Shown: one piece after another, positions 1 to 9,409 of the stretch
Layout of the letters: every line of letters starts with the position of its first letter
Position numbering within the stretch: the stretch's first letter is position 1
IMG/VR virus record: IMGVR_UViG_3300017785_001504
Location: 1 to 52,377 of that record
DNA from: a virus
Taxonomy: Duplodnaviria > Caudoviricetes
Strand: one strand, 5' to 3'
DNA: 52,377 nt
The notes under the pieces: model-generated
Databases searched by the model: none
What the model was told of the DNA's origin: nothing
The model's input: only the letters and a program-made list of their open reading frames with translations
Program-made: the position numbers and the translations under genes

Positions 1-2
1 GG

Positions 3-119
3 CAAACATTTGAAGAGTATTGGGATGAAACCTTTAAACAACAAGAACAATGCAGGTGTGGTCATCCAAAAGTTGGTGGATATAGTTGCCAAAGAACGGA
101 TTGTAATCAAAACCTTTAA
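3..119 (+). CDS. 3' end of a small hypothetical protein (5'-truncated by window)
   Basis: Hand translation QTFEEYWDETFKQQEQCRCGHPKVGGYSCQRTDCNQNL*; four Cys; not in ORF track. Confidence 0.5.
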   Translation, partial: QTFEEYWDETFKQQEQCRCGHPKVGGYSCQRTDCNQNL

Positions 120-134
120 ACAACAAGAACAATG
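28..134 (+). repeat. Two identical 25-bp copies of AAACCTTTAAACAACAAGAACAATG (28-52, 110-134)
   Basis: Exact direct repeat; related copies at 3810-3830, 3994-4006, 10244-10262, 10342-10355. Confidence 0.9.
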
Positions 135-257
135 AAAATAAGACTAACTGAAAGTTGGCCAGCCGGTAGGACTATCGGCTTGTCAATATCCCTGAGTTTG
201 GATGACAGGGAGATACTCATCCATTTTTTATTACACGGAATATCTATAAAGTTATGA
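132..257 (+). CDS. Small hypothetical protein, 41 aa
   Basis: ATG supplied by the junction repeat; MKIRLTESWPAG...ISIKL*; ATGA overlap with the next gene. Confidence 0.6.
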   Translation: MKIRLTESWPAGRTIGLSISLSLDDREILIHFLLHGISIKL

Positions 258-574
258 TGAACCAAAGATTGCAGACCAAGTACATGACGGTCTTAGAGGA
301 CATGTATGTAAGAGAGAGCTACACTTTAGCTGAAATCAGAGAAAAGCACCGAGTCAATCAATACTTTTTAATAGTGGTAAAGAAGCTAGGTTATGTCAAG
401 AAGGTAGATGGAAAGAAGCTATACACATGGAATAGCGGAGCACCAACCAAGAGACATATGAATAGGATAAGAACAGAGCTGATTGAAATTAAATTAAACA
501 GGTCTACCAAGCGAGTGCCTGCTAAAAGAAAAACAATCAAACTACTATGGGGTCTTATCACTTATGAGGTATAG
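254..574 (+). CDS. Basic hypothetical protein, possibly winged-helix DNA-binding
   Basis: 106-aa ORF, K/R-rich, coupled to neighbours. Confidence 0.65.
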   Translation: MMNQRLQTKYMTVLEDMYVRESYTLAEIREKHRVNQYFLIVVKKLGYVKKVDGKKLYTWNSGAPTKRHMNRIRTELIEIKLNRSTKRVPAKRKTIKLLWGLITYEV

Positions 575-761
575 CAACTATCACGTGTGCTACCACGTTA
601 GCCCAATCCTGTGCACTGGTGTGACGGTTGAGGCGCGTAGTATTAAAGAGGCAATAACTAAATCCAATATCGATGCAAATGAAATCATCTATGTCGCCAA
701 CCTTGAAAAGGTACATCGTGACGTTCGAGAATGGCCGGACTCTAAAGCTATTCGCAGTTAA
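564..761 (+). CDS. Small hypothetical protein
   Basis: 65-aa ORF overlapping the upstream stop; Y-x-V...V-E-A-x-S-x-x-E-A pattern of small phage alpha/beta proteins. Confidence 0.6.
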   Translation: MRYSNYHVCYHVSPILCTGVTVEARSIKEAITKSNIDANEIIYVANLEKVHRDVREWPDSKAIRS

Positions 762-867
762 CAGGTGGACGGCACTTGAGCTATGTGCAATCATGTCAAG
801 CCTGCCGATCAAGTCTATTGATGAAGCCAAAGTACAAATCAAAATTGAGGAGCCATGTTTAAACTAG
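691..867 (+). CDS. Small hypothetical protein (start uncertain, 673-691)
   Basis: RYIVTF...LFAVNRWTAL, a similar pattern to the preceding ORF. Confidence 0.55.
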   Translation: MSPTLKRYIVTFENGRTLKLFAVNRWTALELCAIMSSLPIKSIDEAKVQIKIEEPCLN

Positions 868-986
868 CCATTTCATTTCTGCTGATGTACATATTCGGCA
901 TCTCAAAATACCTAGCGATTCGGGTAATGGGAATCGCAATGTTTTTTATGTCTTTATACTTTACATTATGTCTATTAGAATTTTAA
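855..986 (+). CDS. Small membrane protein, 43 aa
   Basis: MFKLAISFLLMYIFGISKYLAIRVMGIAMFFMSLYFTLCLLEF*; fills the gap between ORFs; two hydrophobic segments. Confidence 0.55.
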   Translation: MFKLAISFLLMYIFGISKYLAIRVMGIAMFFMSLYFTLCLLEF

Positions 987-1432
987 TTGCGTCAATGGTC
1001 GGGATGGCCATTGTCACTAGAATCAAGAACGAGAACCTGCGCGCTAGCCTTGGGATTCCATTGGTGGCCGTTATAATGTTCATGCTACTATCTCTATCGG
1101 TCAGTGCCCAGTGGATTCCTGATCGACCAGATTATGAGGTTGTTAGAGATGGTAATTTTTACATGCTAACACCATCAAAGGATGAGGCAGTTGATATATG
1201 TCTTAAGACTCTTGAGTACAATGATGCTAAGATGCGAACAGTTAAAGTAGATAGAGATGAGCCATTCTCACCAATATTTACTTACTTCAATCTAGGTGAT
1301 GGTATGGTATATATTGTCTATGTAACTAAAACAAAGTCAGGTGAATATGTTATTTGTTTTAGATACCAAGAAGACAAACCAACTGATTTTGTTGAAGCAT
1401 ATGCAACCTTTAAGTACGAAGGAGATGAATAG
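968..1432 (+). CDS. Membrane-anchored or secreted hypothetical protein
   Basis: Hydrophobic N-terminus ending LSLSVSA/Q (signal-peptide-like), then a soluble domain. Confidence 0.7.
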   Translation: MSIRILIASMVGMAIVTRIKNENLRASLGIPLVAVIMFMLLSLSVSAQWIPDRPDYEVVRDGNFYMLTPSKDEAVDICLKTLEYNDAKMRTVKVDRDEPFSPIFTYFNLGDGMVYIVYVTKTKSGEYVICFRYQEDKPTDFVEAYATFKYEGDE

Positions 1433-1447
1433 AATATGTAAAATAAT

Positions 1448-1479
1448 TTTGAATGTTTAATATTTTTTAACTAAATTTG
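1448..1479 (+). promoter_or_regulatory. Bacteroidota housekeeping promoter (-33/-7)
   Basis: TTTG-N20-TAAATTTG, 7 nt before ATG 1487. Confidence 0.85.
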
Positions 1480-1486
1480 TAATCTA

Positions 1487-1966
1487 ATGCACTGGAGAAA
1501 TTTAATGAAAGACAACAAGTACCTAGGGAGTTGGGACTTGGAAGTCGATGGCAAGTACGAGCCACGAATCGTTACAATCGAAAAAATATTTCAAGACGTC
1601 ATGGTCGGTGAGATGGGAAAGGAAGACAAGGTCTTCGTAAAGTTCAAGGAATTCCAAAAGTCCATGGTGTGTAATCGCTCAAACTTTAAGAGACTCGAAG
1701 TTTTCTTCAACTCGTTTGACTTCAATGACTACATCGGCAAGCAGATTGTCATGTCGGTAGAGAAGGTCAAGAGCCCTCAGGGTGTGGTTGATGCGTTGCG
1801 TTTCAGCACACGTCCGCTACCTAAGAAGGAGAAGCCAACATTGGACGACGCTCGCTTTGCCAAAGCATTGCAGGCGTTGCAGGAAGGCAAGACAACCGTT
1901 GAGAAGTTGACTAGTGATTTTAATTTAAACCAGGCGCAACATGATCAGATTAAGGGCATCCAATAG
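1487..1966 (+). CDS. Putative ssDNA-binding/annealing protein
   Basis: HW...YLGSWDL N-terminus, beta-rich core, short helical C-terminal domain; directly upstream of the exonuclease. Confidence 0.55.
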   Translation: MHWRNLMKDNKYLGSWDLEVDGKYEPRIVTIEKIFQDVMVGEMGKEDKVFVKFKEFQKSMVCNRSNFKRLEVFFNSFDFNDYIGKQIVMSVEKVKSPQGVVDALRFSTRPLPKKEKPTLDDARFAKALQALQEGKTTVEKLTSDFNLNQAQHDQIKGIQ

Positions 1967-2726
1967 TTCAGGCATATTTTCGGGCGCAACCGGGGGTCTA
2001 ACCCCGGTTCAGTCCGCTACACTTGATGGCCTGTTAGCTAAGATTAAGTTGACTGATAAGCAGGCTGAGAAGCGTGATGAGTTGATTGCCAAGCGTGACT
2101 CTAAGCCTGAGCTCAGTGATGGCGCCAAGACAATCATTGAGGATATCATCAACACGACTGCATACCAGTACAAAGATTGGTTTGGTAGCCGTGAGACTGA
2201 CAAGGGTACGCGCATTGAGGACGACTCGATTGAGCTATACAACCGCATCTTCTTTACTGACTACAATAAGTTGGTTGAGGGTGATGAGTTCTATGAGCTT
2301 GCTTACAAGTGCTTGGGTGGTCACCCTGACATCGTCGACACAAAGCGATTGAAGGTCATCGACATCAAGAGCCCATGGTCTAAGAAGACGTTCCCTAAGT
2401 TAGAGAGTAAGGCTCAGAAGAAGGTCAAGGAGTCTGGGTACGACTGGCAGATAAAGAGCTATCTATTGATGCTACGTAAGATGACCGGCCTTGATTGGCG
2501 AGATGGGGAGGTGGCATACATGCTGACTGACACACCTGAGGATTTGCTCAACGAATGGGACGAGCCTACATTGCACTACATGGGTGACGTGCCTGATCAG
2601 CTGCGCGCTACTATTGTTAAGGTCACGTTGACTGACGATGAGATTGCAGTCATGGACGCAGCGTTAGATGCCAGCATTGATTATGCCAAGTGGTACACTG
2701 AATATTTAAAAACAAAGAACCAATGA
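1941..2726 (+). CDS. PD-(D/E)xK exonuclease, lambda-exo/YqaJ-like
   Basis: G-x-x-x-E, GHPD, DIKSPWS and YDWQxxSY motifs. Confidence 0.85.
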   Translation: MIRLRASNSSGIFSGATGGLTPVQSATLDGLLAKIKLTDKQAEKRDELIAKRDSKPELSDGAKTIIEDIINTTAYQYKDWFGSRETDKGTRIEDDSIELYNRIFFTDYNKLVEGDEFYELAYKCLGGHPDIVDTKRLKVIDIKSPWSKKTFPKLESKAQKKVKESGYDWQIKSYLLMLRKMTGLDWRDGEVAYMLTDTPEDLLNEWDEPTLHYMGDVPDQLRATIVKVTLTDDEIAVMDAALDASIDYAKWYTEYLKTKNQ

Positions 2727-2971
2727 TACGCTTGCTTACTGATGGTGGATACCCATCGCTATATAACCGAGTCGGTGAACTATTCCCGATAGACAAGAGA
2801 GGACACCTATACTACATTACAGTGAAAGGTAAAGAGTATGTGTTCTATCCAGATGAGGTTGAGGTAGTTCAGTTATACCAAGATAGTGTCGGTAAGCAGT
2901 TAATAGGCGTAGCTACCGTGATAGTTGTTACTGCAATAGCTATCACAATAATTATTTCCGTAATCTTTTAA
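2723..2971 (+). CDS. Hypothetical protein with C-terminal TM helix
   Basis: 82 aa; hydrophobic C-terminus LIGVATVIVVTAIAITIIISVIF. Confidence 0.7.
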   Translation: MIRLLTDGGYPSLYNRVGELFPIDKRGHLYYITVKGKEYVFYPDEVEVVQLYQDSVGKQLIGVATVIVVTAIAITIIISVIF

Positions 2972-2982
2972 TTAATACCTAT

Positions 2983-3333
2983 ATGTTTAAATTCAAAGGG
3001 ATTGCCTACAAGGTGGGCAACGTGGAGACTATCTCCGACAAATTTCGTAAGCGTGAGTTCATTGTAACCGATGGTGCTGACCAGTATCCGCAGTACATTC
3101 CATTCACATTTGTTAACGACAAGTGTGACTTATTGGAGAGCATTGCTGAAGGCCAAGAGGTCGAAGTATCGTTCAGTTTAAAGGGTCGTGAGTGGACTAG
3201 TCCACAGGGTCAGGTGAAGTACTTTTCAACAATTGAGGGCTTTGCTGTTACGACTACATCTAACCCGGCATTCGCTCCTAACGTAGCGCCTAGCGCTCCA
3301 GGATCAGGGCACACTGACGATTTGCCATTTTAG
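2983..3333 (+). CDS. DUF3127-family OB-fold SSB-like protein
   Basis: FRKREF, QYPQYI, GREW motifs and acidic DDLPF tail. Confidence 0.88.
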   Translation: MFKFKGIAYKVGNVETISDKFRKREFIVTDGADQYPQYIPFTFVNDKCDLLESIAEGQEVEVSFSLKGREWTSPQGQVKYFSTIEGFAVTTTSNPAFAPNVAPSAPGSGHTDDLPF

Positions 3334-3341
3334 TTCATAGC

Positions 3342-3401
3342 ACCTGCTAGGACAGGTTTGTTGTTTTGGTTTAATGGGTGTATCCTAGTGCACCCATTTT
3401 T
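3342..3401 (+). terminator. Two hairpins with complementary loops; the second is terminator-like
   Basis: ACCTG-CTAGGA-CAGGT and AATGGGTGTA-TCCTAG-TGCACCCATT followed by a T run. Confidence 0.7.
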
Positions 3402-3415
3402 AATCTAATTTAATT

Positions 3416-3814
3416 ATGTGGTTTAGAACGTCAACGGCTGATAATATTCAGACCGACCCAATTGTCGATAGGGTAATCAATAAATTTCATGAGAGGTCTC
3501 AAGCAGGGATAAAGAAGTATGGGACGATGCTAACTCGCGACGACCTCAGTACACTTGACTGGTTGAAACATTTGCAGGAAGAGTTGCAAGATGCAACGCT
3601 CTACATTGAGAGGCTGATGATTGTGAGAGATAGTGGTATGGATGAGTATTACCAAAAAGCGGCTGAAATAGTTAGTAAAGAGATCGATCGTTTGGAGCCG
3701 GTGTATAAGTTCATGAAGGCTCTCAATATAAACATGGAGTCTGTATTTGAGATAACAGATAATGATGGCAACCCTAAGACTATAAAGGTCTCAGATGTAT
3801 TTTTTAACATTTAA
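3416..3814 (+). CDS. All-alpha NTP pyrophosphatase-like (MazG-related) protein
   Basis: GIKKYG...WLKHLQEELQDATLY (EExxD motif). Confidence 0.65.
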   Translation: MWFRTSTADNIQTDPIVDRVINKFHERSQAGIKKYGTMLTRDDLSTLDWLKHLQEELQDATLYIERLMIVRDSGMDEYYQKAAEIVSKEIDRLEPVYKFMKALNINMESVFEITDNDGNPKTIKVSDVFFNI

Positions 3815-3826
3815 ACAACAAGAACA

Positions 3827-4006
3827 ATGAAAGAACTAACTGATTATGGATTGACTCCAAAAGATGCGATTGAATACACTAAGACTATTCCTGAAGTAAA
3901 CTATTTATATCAAAATGAACGAGGCTTTGTTGGTTATAAAGAAGAGCTTACCGCAGAAGAGCAAGAAGCAATAGGAGCTGCATTAATTTGGACTAAACAA
4001 CAATGA
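3827..4006 (+). CDS. Small hypothetical protein, 59 aa
   Basis: Starts in the junction repeat and ends in a partial copy (TKQQ*). Confidence 0.7.
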   Translation: MKELTDYGLTPKDAIEYTKTIPEVNYLYQNERGFVGYKEELTAEEQEAIGAALIWTKQQ

Positions 4007-4161
4007 AAGCACTATATTTTCTAGCTGGCATAGCGATAGGATATATCGTTTGTAGCTACATGCAGGAGCCAAAAGTAGAGCACACCGTCATTGAGATACC
4101 AACTGACTTTAGCGATTGCCTAAACGAACAGCAAATTAATTACTATGATAGAAATCATTAA
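4003..4161 (+). CDS. Small protein with N-terminal TM helix, 52 aa
   Basis: MKALYFLAGIAIGYIVCSYMQEPK...; ATGA coupling. Confidence 0.65.
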   Translation: MKALYFLAGIAIGYIVCSYMQEPKVEHTVIEIPTDFSDCLNEQQINYYDRNH

Positions 4162-4534
4162 GGGAATAATCAAGAGAGACCATCTTGACGGAGACAGCCA
4201 GTGTAAGACTGTTGCCGACGTTCGGAACTACCTAGCGTTTGTCATGAGACATCATTACCACATGAGTCTAAATGACATCGGCAGTGAGTTCAATCGCCGG
4301 CACACGTCAATCATGCGCGCCATTGACACGCATATTGCAAGGACGCTTAAGGGCGACCCATACATAGAGGACAATATAATTGAATACAAAAAAGAATTAG
4401 GAGATGGTGACTTATTTTCAATCGATTACACAAACCTCCACACCTTTCCACGTGGACGTAAGCCAAGCGCTGAAGAGGATCAGGGAGGGGAAGTCGAAGG
4501 AGCTAGTAGAATCGGTCAGAGCTGCCTCGACTAA
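4145..4534 (+). CDS. DnaA domain-IV-like HTH protein
   Basis: R-x-x-L-A-F...MSLNDIGSEFNRRHTSIMRAI resembles the DnaA C-terminal signature. Confidence 0.75.
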   Translation: MIEIIKGIIKRDHLDGDSQCKTVADVRNYLAFVMRHHYHMSLNDIGSEFNRRHTSIMRAIDTHIARTLKGDPYIEDNIIEYKKELGDGDLFSIDYTNLHTFPRGRKPSAEEDQGGEVEGASRIGQSCLD

Positions 4535-6719
4535 GGACGAACGCAATGAGCGAAAGAAACTACTACCTGCCATATGTTTCAGCGGTAAGTTTGAGAAGCG
4601 TGCAGACACTGCCTGCATCATGCACAGTGGTCTTATATGCCTCGATTTCGATGCCTTTGAAAATCAGCAGGCCTTAGAAGACAAACGCTTTGAGCTACAG
4701 CTCAGCCCTTACACCTATGCTATCTTCATGTCGCCATCAGGTGATGGGTTGAAGGTATTGGTAAAGATACCTGCCGACATTGAGAACCATAAGTACTACT
4801 TTGATGGCCTTCACTCGCTGTTCTTCTGCAATGAATTTGACACCACGAGTAAGAACCTCAGCCGCGTATGCTATGAGTCGTATGACCCAGATATGTATGT
4901 TAACGAGGATAGCCATGTGTTCATTGACATGGTTAGGCCAATTGTTGCACAGCCAAGGGTTGCACAAACAACAACCATCCGAGTAGACGACACCAATGAG
5001 ATCATCAGACGACTAAGCATTTGGTGGGGCAAGAACTACGGCATGGTCCCAGGACAGCGCAACAACAACCTGTATGTTTTTGCTGTGGCCTTAAAGGAGT
5101 TTGGAATCAATCAATCTGAGGCTCAGTCTGTGTTAATGAATCAAGACCCATCGGGTGAGATGCATGCTGAGATACCAACGATTTGTCGATCAGCCTACCG
5201 GGACATGTCATCGTTTGGCACCAAGTTCTACGAGGACGTTGAGAAGTTGGATGAGATCAAGAGGGTTGAGAAGATGAGTACTGCAGTATCTGCAGTAGAT
5301 GATTGTGAAGAGTTTTGGACCAAGTCGAGCAAAGGGAAGGTTGAGGCAGTGCCACACTTGTTTAGAACGTTTTTAAATAACAACGGGTTCTTTAAGTACT
5401 ACCCACCAGGATCAAGGACATTTGTGTTTGTTAGGGTGATGGACAACCTGATCAGCGATGTCAACGAGGATATCATCAAGGACTTTGTGCTTGACTATCT
5501 GATGGACTACGATGACTTGATGGTGTACAACTACTTCGCCATGAACACCAAGTTCTTCCAAGAGGCGTTCCTAAACTTTGTTCCAAAGATTGAGGCAACG
5601 TTCAAAGAAGACACCAATCAGTCGGCCTATCTGTACTACATGAACTGCGCTGTGCACGTCACTAGGGATAAGATAGATGTGATTGACTACAAGGACTTGG
5701 ATGGCCATGTGTGGGAGATGCAGCGAATAAATAGAGACTTTATCTACCGACCAAACGTTGAGGAGTGCGAGTTCAATACATTTGTCAGCAACATCTCAGG
5801 CGGTGAGTCGGATAGGATTAAGTCGATGCGCTCAACACTTGGATACCTTATGCACAGCCACAAGCCAGCAAGCTATTGTCCAGCTGTCATCTTAAACGAT
5901 GAGGTCATCAGTGACAACCCTGAGGGCGGTACGGGTAAGGGTATCTTTGTCAACTCAATCAACCACATGAAGAAGATGGTCAAGATTGATGGCAAGGGGT
6001 TCAGCTTCCAGAAGTCGTTCCCATACCAACGCGTTCAGGTTGACACACAGGTGTTGGTGTTTGATGACGTCGCTAAGAACTTTGCGTTTGAGAACCTATT
6101 CAGTGTCATCACTGAGGGCATCAGCTTGGAGAAGAAGAACAAGGACGAGATTCACGTTCCATTTGAACGCTCACCTAAGATTGTCATCACGACCAACTAT
6201 GCGATCAGGGGAGCAGGCAACTCATTCGACCGACGTAAGTGGGACCTAGAGTTCAAGCAGTACTACACCAAGAACAAGACCCCTGAGCAGGAGTTTGGTC
6301 ACATGTTGTACAGCGGATGGCATGATGACGAGTGGATCAAGTTTGACAACTACATGATATCAAACCTTCAGATGTACCTTCAGAAGGGGTTGATGAGTAG
6401 TGAGTTCAAGAACTTAAAGGTTCGCAAGTTAATTGCTGAGACGTCGTCAGAGTTCTACGAATGGGCCTCATCAAGAGATAACATGGACACCAAGCCAAAC
6501 GCTAGGACGCTAGGTAAGGACATGCTTAATAGTTTTGTTGATGAGTATCCTGACTACGGGCCTAGAGGTAGATATACTATATCAAACGCCAAGTTCTACC
6601 ATTGGTTAGATGCTTATGGTGAGTTTGCATTTGGTATGAAGCCAAGAGTAAACCGTACTACACTAGGTAAGCAGATTCATTTTGTTGTTAAAGAATTAAA
6701 ACAGTTAAAGTTATGTTAG
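4404..6719 (+). CDS. Primase-helicase: BT4734/VirE-N-like domain, PriCT, C-terminal P-loop helicase
   Basis: KKLLPAICFSGKF, ICLDFD, SPSGDGLK; GQRNNNL; Walker A GGTGKG, VFDD, VITTN. Confidence 0.85.
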   Translation: MVTYFQSITQTSTPFHVDVSQALKRIREGKSKELVESVRAASTKDERNERKKLLPAICFSGKFEKRADTACIMHSGLICLDFDAFENQQALEDKRFELQLSPYTYAIFMSPSGDGLKVLVKIPADIENHKYYFDGLHSLFFCNEFDTTSKNLSRVCYESYDPDMYVNEDSHVFIDMVRPIVAQPRVAQTTTIRVDDTNEIIRRLSIWWGKNYGMVPGQRNNNLYVFAVALKEFGINQSEAQSVLMNQDPSGEMHAEIPTICRSAYRDMSSFGTKFYEDVEKLDEIKRVEKMSTAVSAVDDCEEFWTKSSKGKVEAVPHLFRTFLNNNGFFKYYPPGSRTFVFVRVMDNLISDVNEDIIKDFVLDYLMDYDDLMVYNYFAMNTKFFQEAFLNFVPKIEATFKEDTNQSAYLYYMNCAVHVTRDKIDVIDYKDLDGHVWEMQRINRDFIYRPNVEECEFNTFVSNISGGESDRIKSMRSTLGYLMHSHKPASYCPAVILNDEVISDNPEGGTGKGIFVNSINHMKKMVKIDGKGFSFQKSFPYQRVQVDTQVLVFDDVAKNFAFENLFSVITEGISLEKKNKDEIHVPFERSPKIVITTNYAIRGAGNSFDRRKWDLEFKQYYTKNKTPEQEFGHMLYSGWHDDEWIKFDNYMISNLQMYLQKGLMSSEFKNLKVRKLIAETSSEFYEWASSRDNMDTKPNARTLGKDMLNSFVDEYPDYGPRGRYTISNAKFYHWLDAYGEFAFGMKPRVNRTTLGKQIHFVVKELKQLKLC

Positions 6720-6967
6720 AAGAAATTTTAGAGTACTACCCAGACGAGACCTTTTTAAAGGCAGATGGGTTAGACAGCGCCGTGATCGGCGTTCAGGTTG
6801 GAGAGCCTATGCGATTAATCTATTCAGTATCAAAGGTTATTGAGCATCTAGTTACTGAGGATGAGATGGATCTTGAGGACGCGCTTGAGCACTTTGAGTT
6901 TAACATTCGCGGAAGCTATGTAGGTGAGCAAACACCTATATGGTGCGATGATATGTATATGGTATGA
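6713..6967 (+). CDS. Conserved acidic phage protein
   Basis: ADGLDSAVIG...FEFNIRGSYVGEQTP pattern. Confidence 0.75.
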   Translation: MLEEILEYYPDETFLKADGLDSAVIGVQVGEPMRLIYSVSKVIEHLVTEDEMDLEDALEHFEFNIRGSYVGEQTPIWCDDMYMV

Positions 6968-7257
6968 ACCTAGCAGAAGTAATCCTAAAGAAGCGCCTCG
7001 AAGCAATAGTAGAGGTAGCTGAGAAACCGAGAGGTAAGAAGATCGATGCTGAGTTGATTAGCATGATGATATCATATGTATCAGCACTGAGATTTCTTAA
7101 TGGTGAAAATGATGACATCTACTACGACCCATACCATGCAATTACAGCATTGCGTCGTGAGTTGTCGTCGGTTAGGAATTCAGAAGAGCTCACTAAAGAA
7201 CTTAGTGAGGCAATCAAAAAACTAAAAGATGAAGCAGCTAAGAAGCTATCAAATTGA
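6964..7257 (+). CDS. Hypothetical protein
   Basis: 97-aa ORF, ATGA coupling. Confidence 0.7.
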   Translation: MNLAEVILKKRLEAIVEVAEKPRGKKIDAELISMMISYVSALRFLNGENDDIYYDPYHAITALRRELSSVRNSEELTKELSEAIKKLKDEAAKKLSN

Positions 7258-8470
7258 TATAGCAGAGAAGGCAACATACACACTACTTAAGCACAACATT
7301 GTATACCTAGCCATGGAGGTGAGAACTGGTAAGACCAGCACCTCTTTGGAGATAGCTAACAGGTTTGGTGCCAAGAAGGTGTTGTTCCTTACAAAAAAGA
7401 AGGCTATTGGATCAATACTTGATGACTACAAGGAGTTTGGTCACACATACCACATTGATGTCATCAACGATGAGTCGATGCATAAGATAACATCTAATGA
7501 CTATGACGTGGTGATACACGATGAGCACCATAGGTTTGGCGCCTTCCCTAAGCCAGGATTGTATACCAAGATGTTTAAGAAGATGTTTGGCCATTTGCCA
7601 ATGATCTTTCTGTCAGGTACACCATGCCCTGAGTCATACTCACAGATGTACCATCAGTTCTGGGTAAGCGACCACTCGCCATTCCGTGAGTACAAGAACT
7701 TCTACCGATGGGCCGATGACTACGTCACTAAGTTTGACCGGGTGATCAATGGCTTCAAGGTAACTGAGTACTCGAACGGAAGGGAGATTGATATAATGAC
7801 TAGGTTGGCATACCTAATGATCAGCCACACGCAGCAGCAGTCAGGGTTTGAGACGTCGATCGAGGAGGAAGTTCTTTATGTCGACATGTCTGAGAAGACA
7901 AAGATGATTGTGAAGAAGTTGGAGCGCGACTTGGTTGTGGAGGGCAAGGAAGAAGTTATTTTGGCTGACACCCCTGTTAAGTTGATGCAGAAGGTACACC
8001 AGCTATGCAGTGGCACGGTGAAGTTTGAGAGCGGTAATAGTATGGTCATTGACACCACTAAGGCTGAGTTTATAAGGTCGCATTTTGCGACATCAAGAAT
8101 TGGCATCTTCTATAAGTTTAAAGCTGAGCTGAAGGCATTGAAGCAAGTGTATGGCAACCAATTGACTGAGAGCTTGGAAGAATTTGACGCTGGCATGTGT
8201 CAGGTTATAGCATTGCAGATTGTATCAGGACGTGAGGGCATATCACTCAAGAACGCTGACTATGTTGTGTTCTACAACATTGACTTCAGCGCGACGTCAT
8301 ACTGGCAAGCGAGAGACCGAATGACAACAATGGATCGAAAGTTCAATAAGGTGTATTGGATATTCAGTGTTGGTGGTATAGAGGATAAGATCTACAAGGC
8401 TGTTAAAAGCAAGAGAAATTATACGTTAAACATTTTTAAGAAAGACTATGAACAGAGTACAACTAATTGA
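7229..8470 (+). CDS. SF2 (SNF2-like) helicase
   Basis: LRSYQ, RTGKT, DEHH, LSGTP, GREGISL, QARDR motifs. Confidence 0.9.
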   Translation: MKQLRSYQIDIAEKATYTLLKHNIVYLAMEVRTGKTSTSLEIANRFGAKKVLFLTKKKAIGSILDDYKEFGHTYHIDVINDESMHKITSNDYDVVIHDEHHRFGAFPKPGLYTKMFKKMFGHLPMIFLSGTPCPESYSQMYHQFWVSDHSPFREYKNFYRWADDYVTKFDRVINGFKVTEYSNGREIDIMTRLAYLMISHTQQQSGFETSIEEEVLYVDMSEKTKMIVKKLERDLVVEGKEEVILADTPVKLMQKVHQLCSGTVKFESGNSMVIDTTKAEFIRSHFATSRIGIFYKFKAELKALKQVYGNQLTESLEEFDAGMCQVIALQIVSGREGISLKNADYVVFYNIDFSATSYWQARDRMTTMDRKFNKVYWIFSVGGIEDKIYKAVKSKRNYTLNIFKKDYEQSTTN

Positions 8471-8999
8471 ATACTTAATCAAAGAACATGGACTAACCAC
8501 AAAGGACAGAAGTCGTCACTACATTTACAAACGATCTTACCTTTACCATGAGTTAAGAAAACTTGATTTTACCTTAGAAGACATTGGAGTTATGTTTGGA
8601 GGTAAGCACTATGCAACAGTATTACACGGAATACGTCAACACGAAGACTTACATCGATTTGGTTACGCTGACTATGCCTTGGCTACTAAGCAGCTTAGAG
8701 ACTTCCTAGACGGTGCCGAACTCCCTTACTATAGTGTTGACACACCTGATTTAAAACAAGAAATTTTAAAGGCTAAAACCTTTGCTCAGTTTAAACGAAT
8801 TCAACGCTACATAAAGCTAGGCAAGTACGATGAGCCGACTTTAATGCCAAATTTAGAAGAAAAGTTGGGTATTTACGAAAAAACATCTACATTTGTGGGT
8901 GACCGAGCAGCAGATACAAGCGAAGCTAATCAAGAACCTGGAGAAGGAGGGCTACTATGTGCTCAAGTTGTCGGTAACCAACAAGCCGGGAATTCCTGA
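8448..8999 (+). CDS. DnaA domain-IV-like HTH protein
   Basis: FTLEDIGVMFGGKHYATVLHG. Confidence 0.75.
   Translation: MNRVQLIEYLIKEHGLTTKDRSRHYIYKRSYLYHELRKLDFTLEDIGVMFGGKHYATVLHGIRQHEDLHRFGYADYALATKQLRDFLDGAELPYYSVDTPDLKQEILKAKTFAQFKRIQRYIKLGKYDEPTLMPNLEEKLGIYEKTSTFVGDRAADTSEANQEPGEGGLLCAQVVGNQQAGNS
8865..8895 (+). promoter_or_regulatory. Bacteroidota promoter inside the upstream gene
   Basis: TTG-N20-TACATTTG, 3 nt before GTG 8899. Confidence 0.7.
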
Positions 9000-9156
9000 T
9001 CTTATTGCGATACCAAAGGGATCAGATGTAAAATTTATTGAAGTAAAACGTCCAGGACAAAAGCCGAGGCCCCTACAGGTTTATAGAATTAAGGAGCTAC
9101 ATAACCACGGGGTATCGGCAACCTGGTATAATGGTGAGTATTATGATATCGAATGA
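8899..9156 (+). CDS. VRR-NUC nuclease (Holliday-junction resolvase-like)
   Basis: TEQQIQ, GIPDL, FIEVKRP, LQ motifs; GTG start chosen. Confidence 0.88.
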   Translation: MTEQQIQAKLIKNLEKEGYYVLKLSVTNKPGIPDLIAIPKGSDVKFIEVKRPGQKPRPLQVYRIKELHNHGVSATWYNGEYYDIE

Positions 9157-9409
9157 AAAGAAATTAGCTGCCGTCATTGGTATTCTTCCAGTAATGATGG
9201 ACTTCATGGAGGACATAAAGGATCAATATCCAAATATTTATGACAAGAGAATAAAGAAGTCGGGCAATGATTTTATAGAGGCTGTTGAAAAGTCAATCAG
9301 CCATTTGTACAAGAAGATGGACCATGAGCAGGAGAAGGATGTGCATGAATTTTACTACGAACTTGTCAACATGGGTAACTATTTCAGACAATGGCTAAAG
9401 GATTTATAA
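9131..9409 (+). CDS. Hypothetical protein
   Basis: 92-aa helical ORF in operon. Confidence 0.7.
   Translation: MVSIMISNEKKLAAVIGILPVMMDFMEDIKDQYPNIYDKRIKKSGNDFIEAVEKSISHLYKKMDHEQEKDVHEFYYELVNMGNYFRQWLKDL

Noticed and set aside
28-134. CRISPR mini-array
   Set aside because: The repeat is non-palindromic, contains stop/start signals and recurs singly at gene junctions; the 57-bp spacer is coding.
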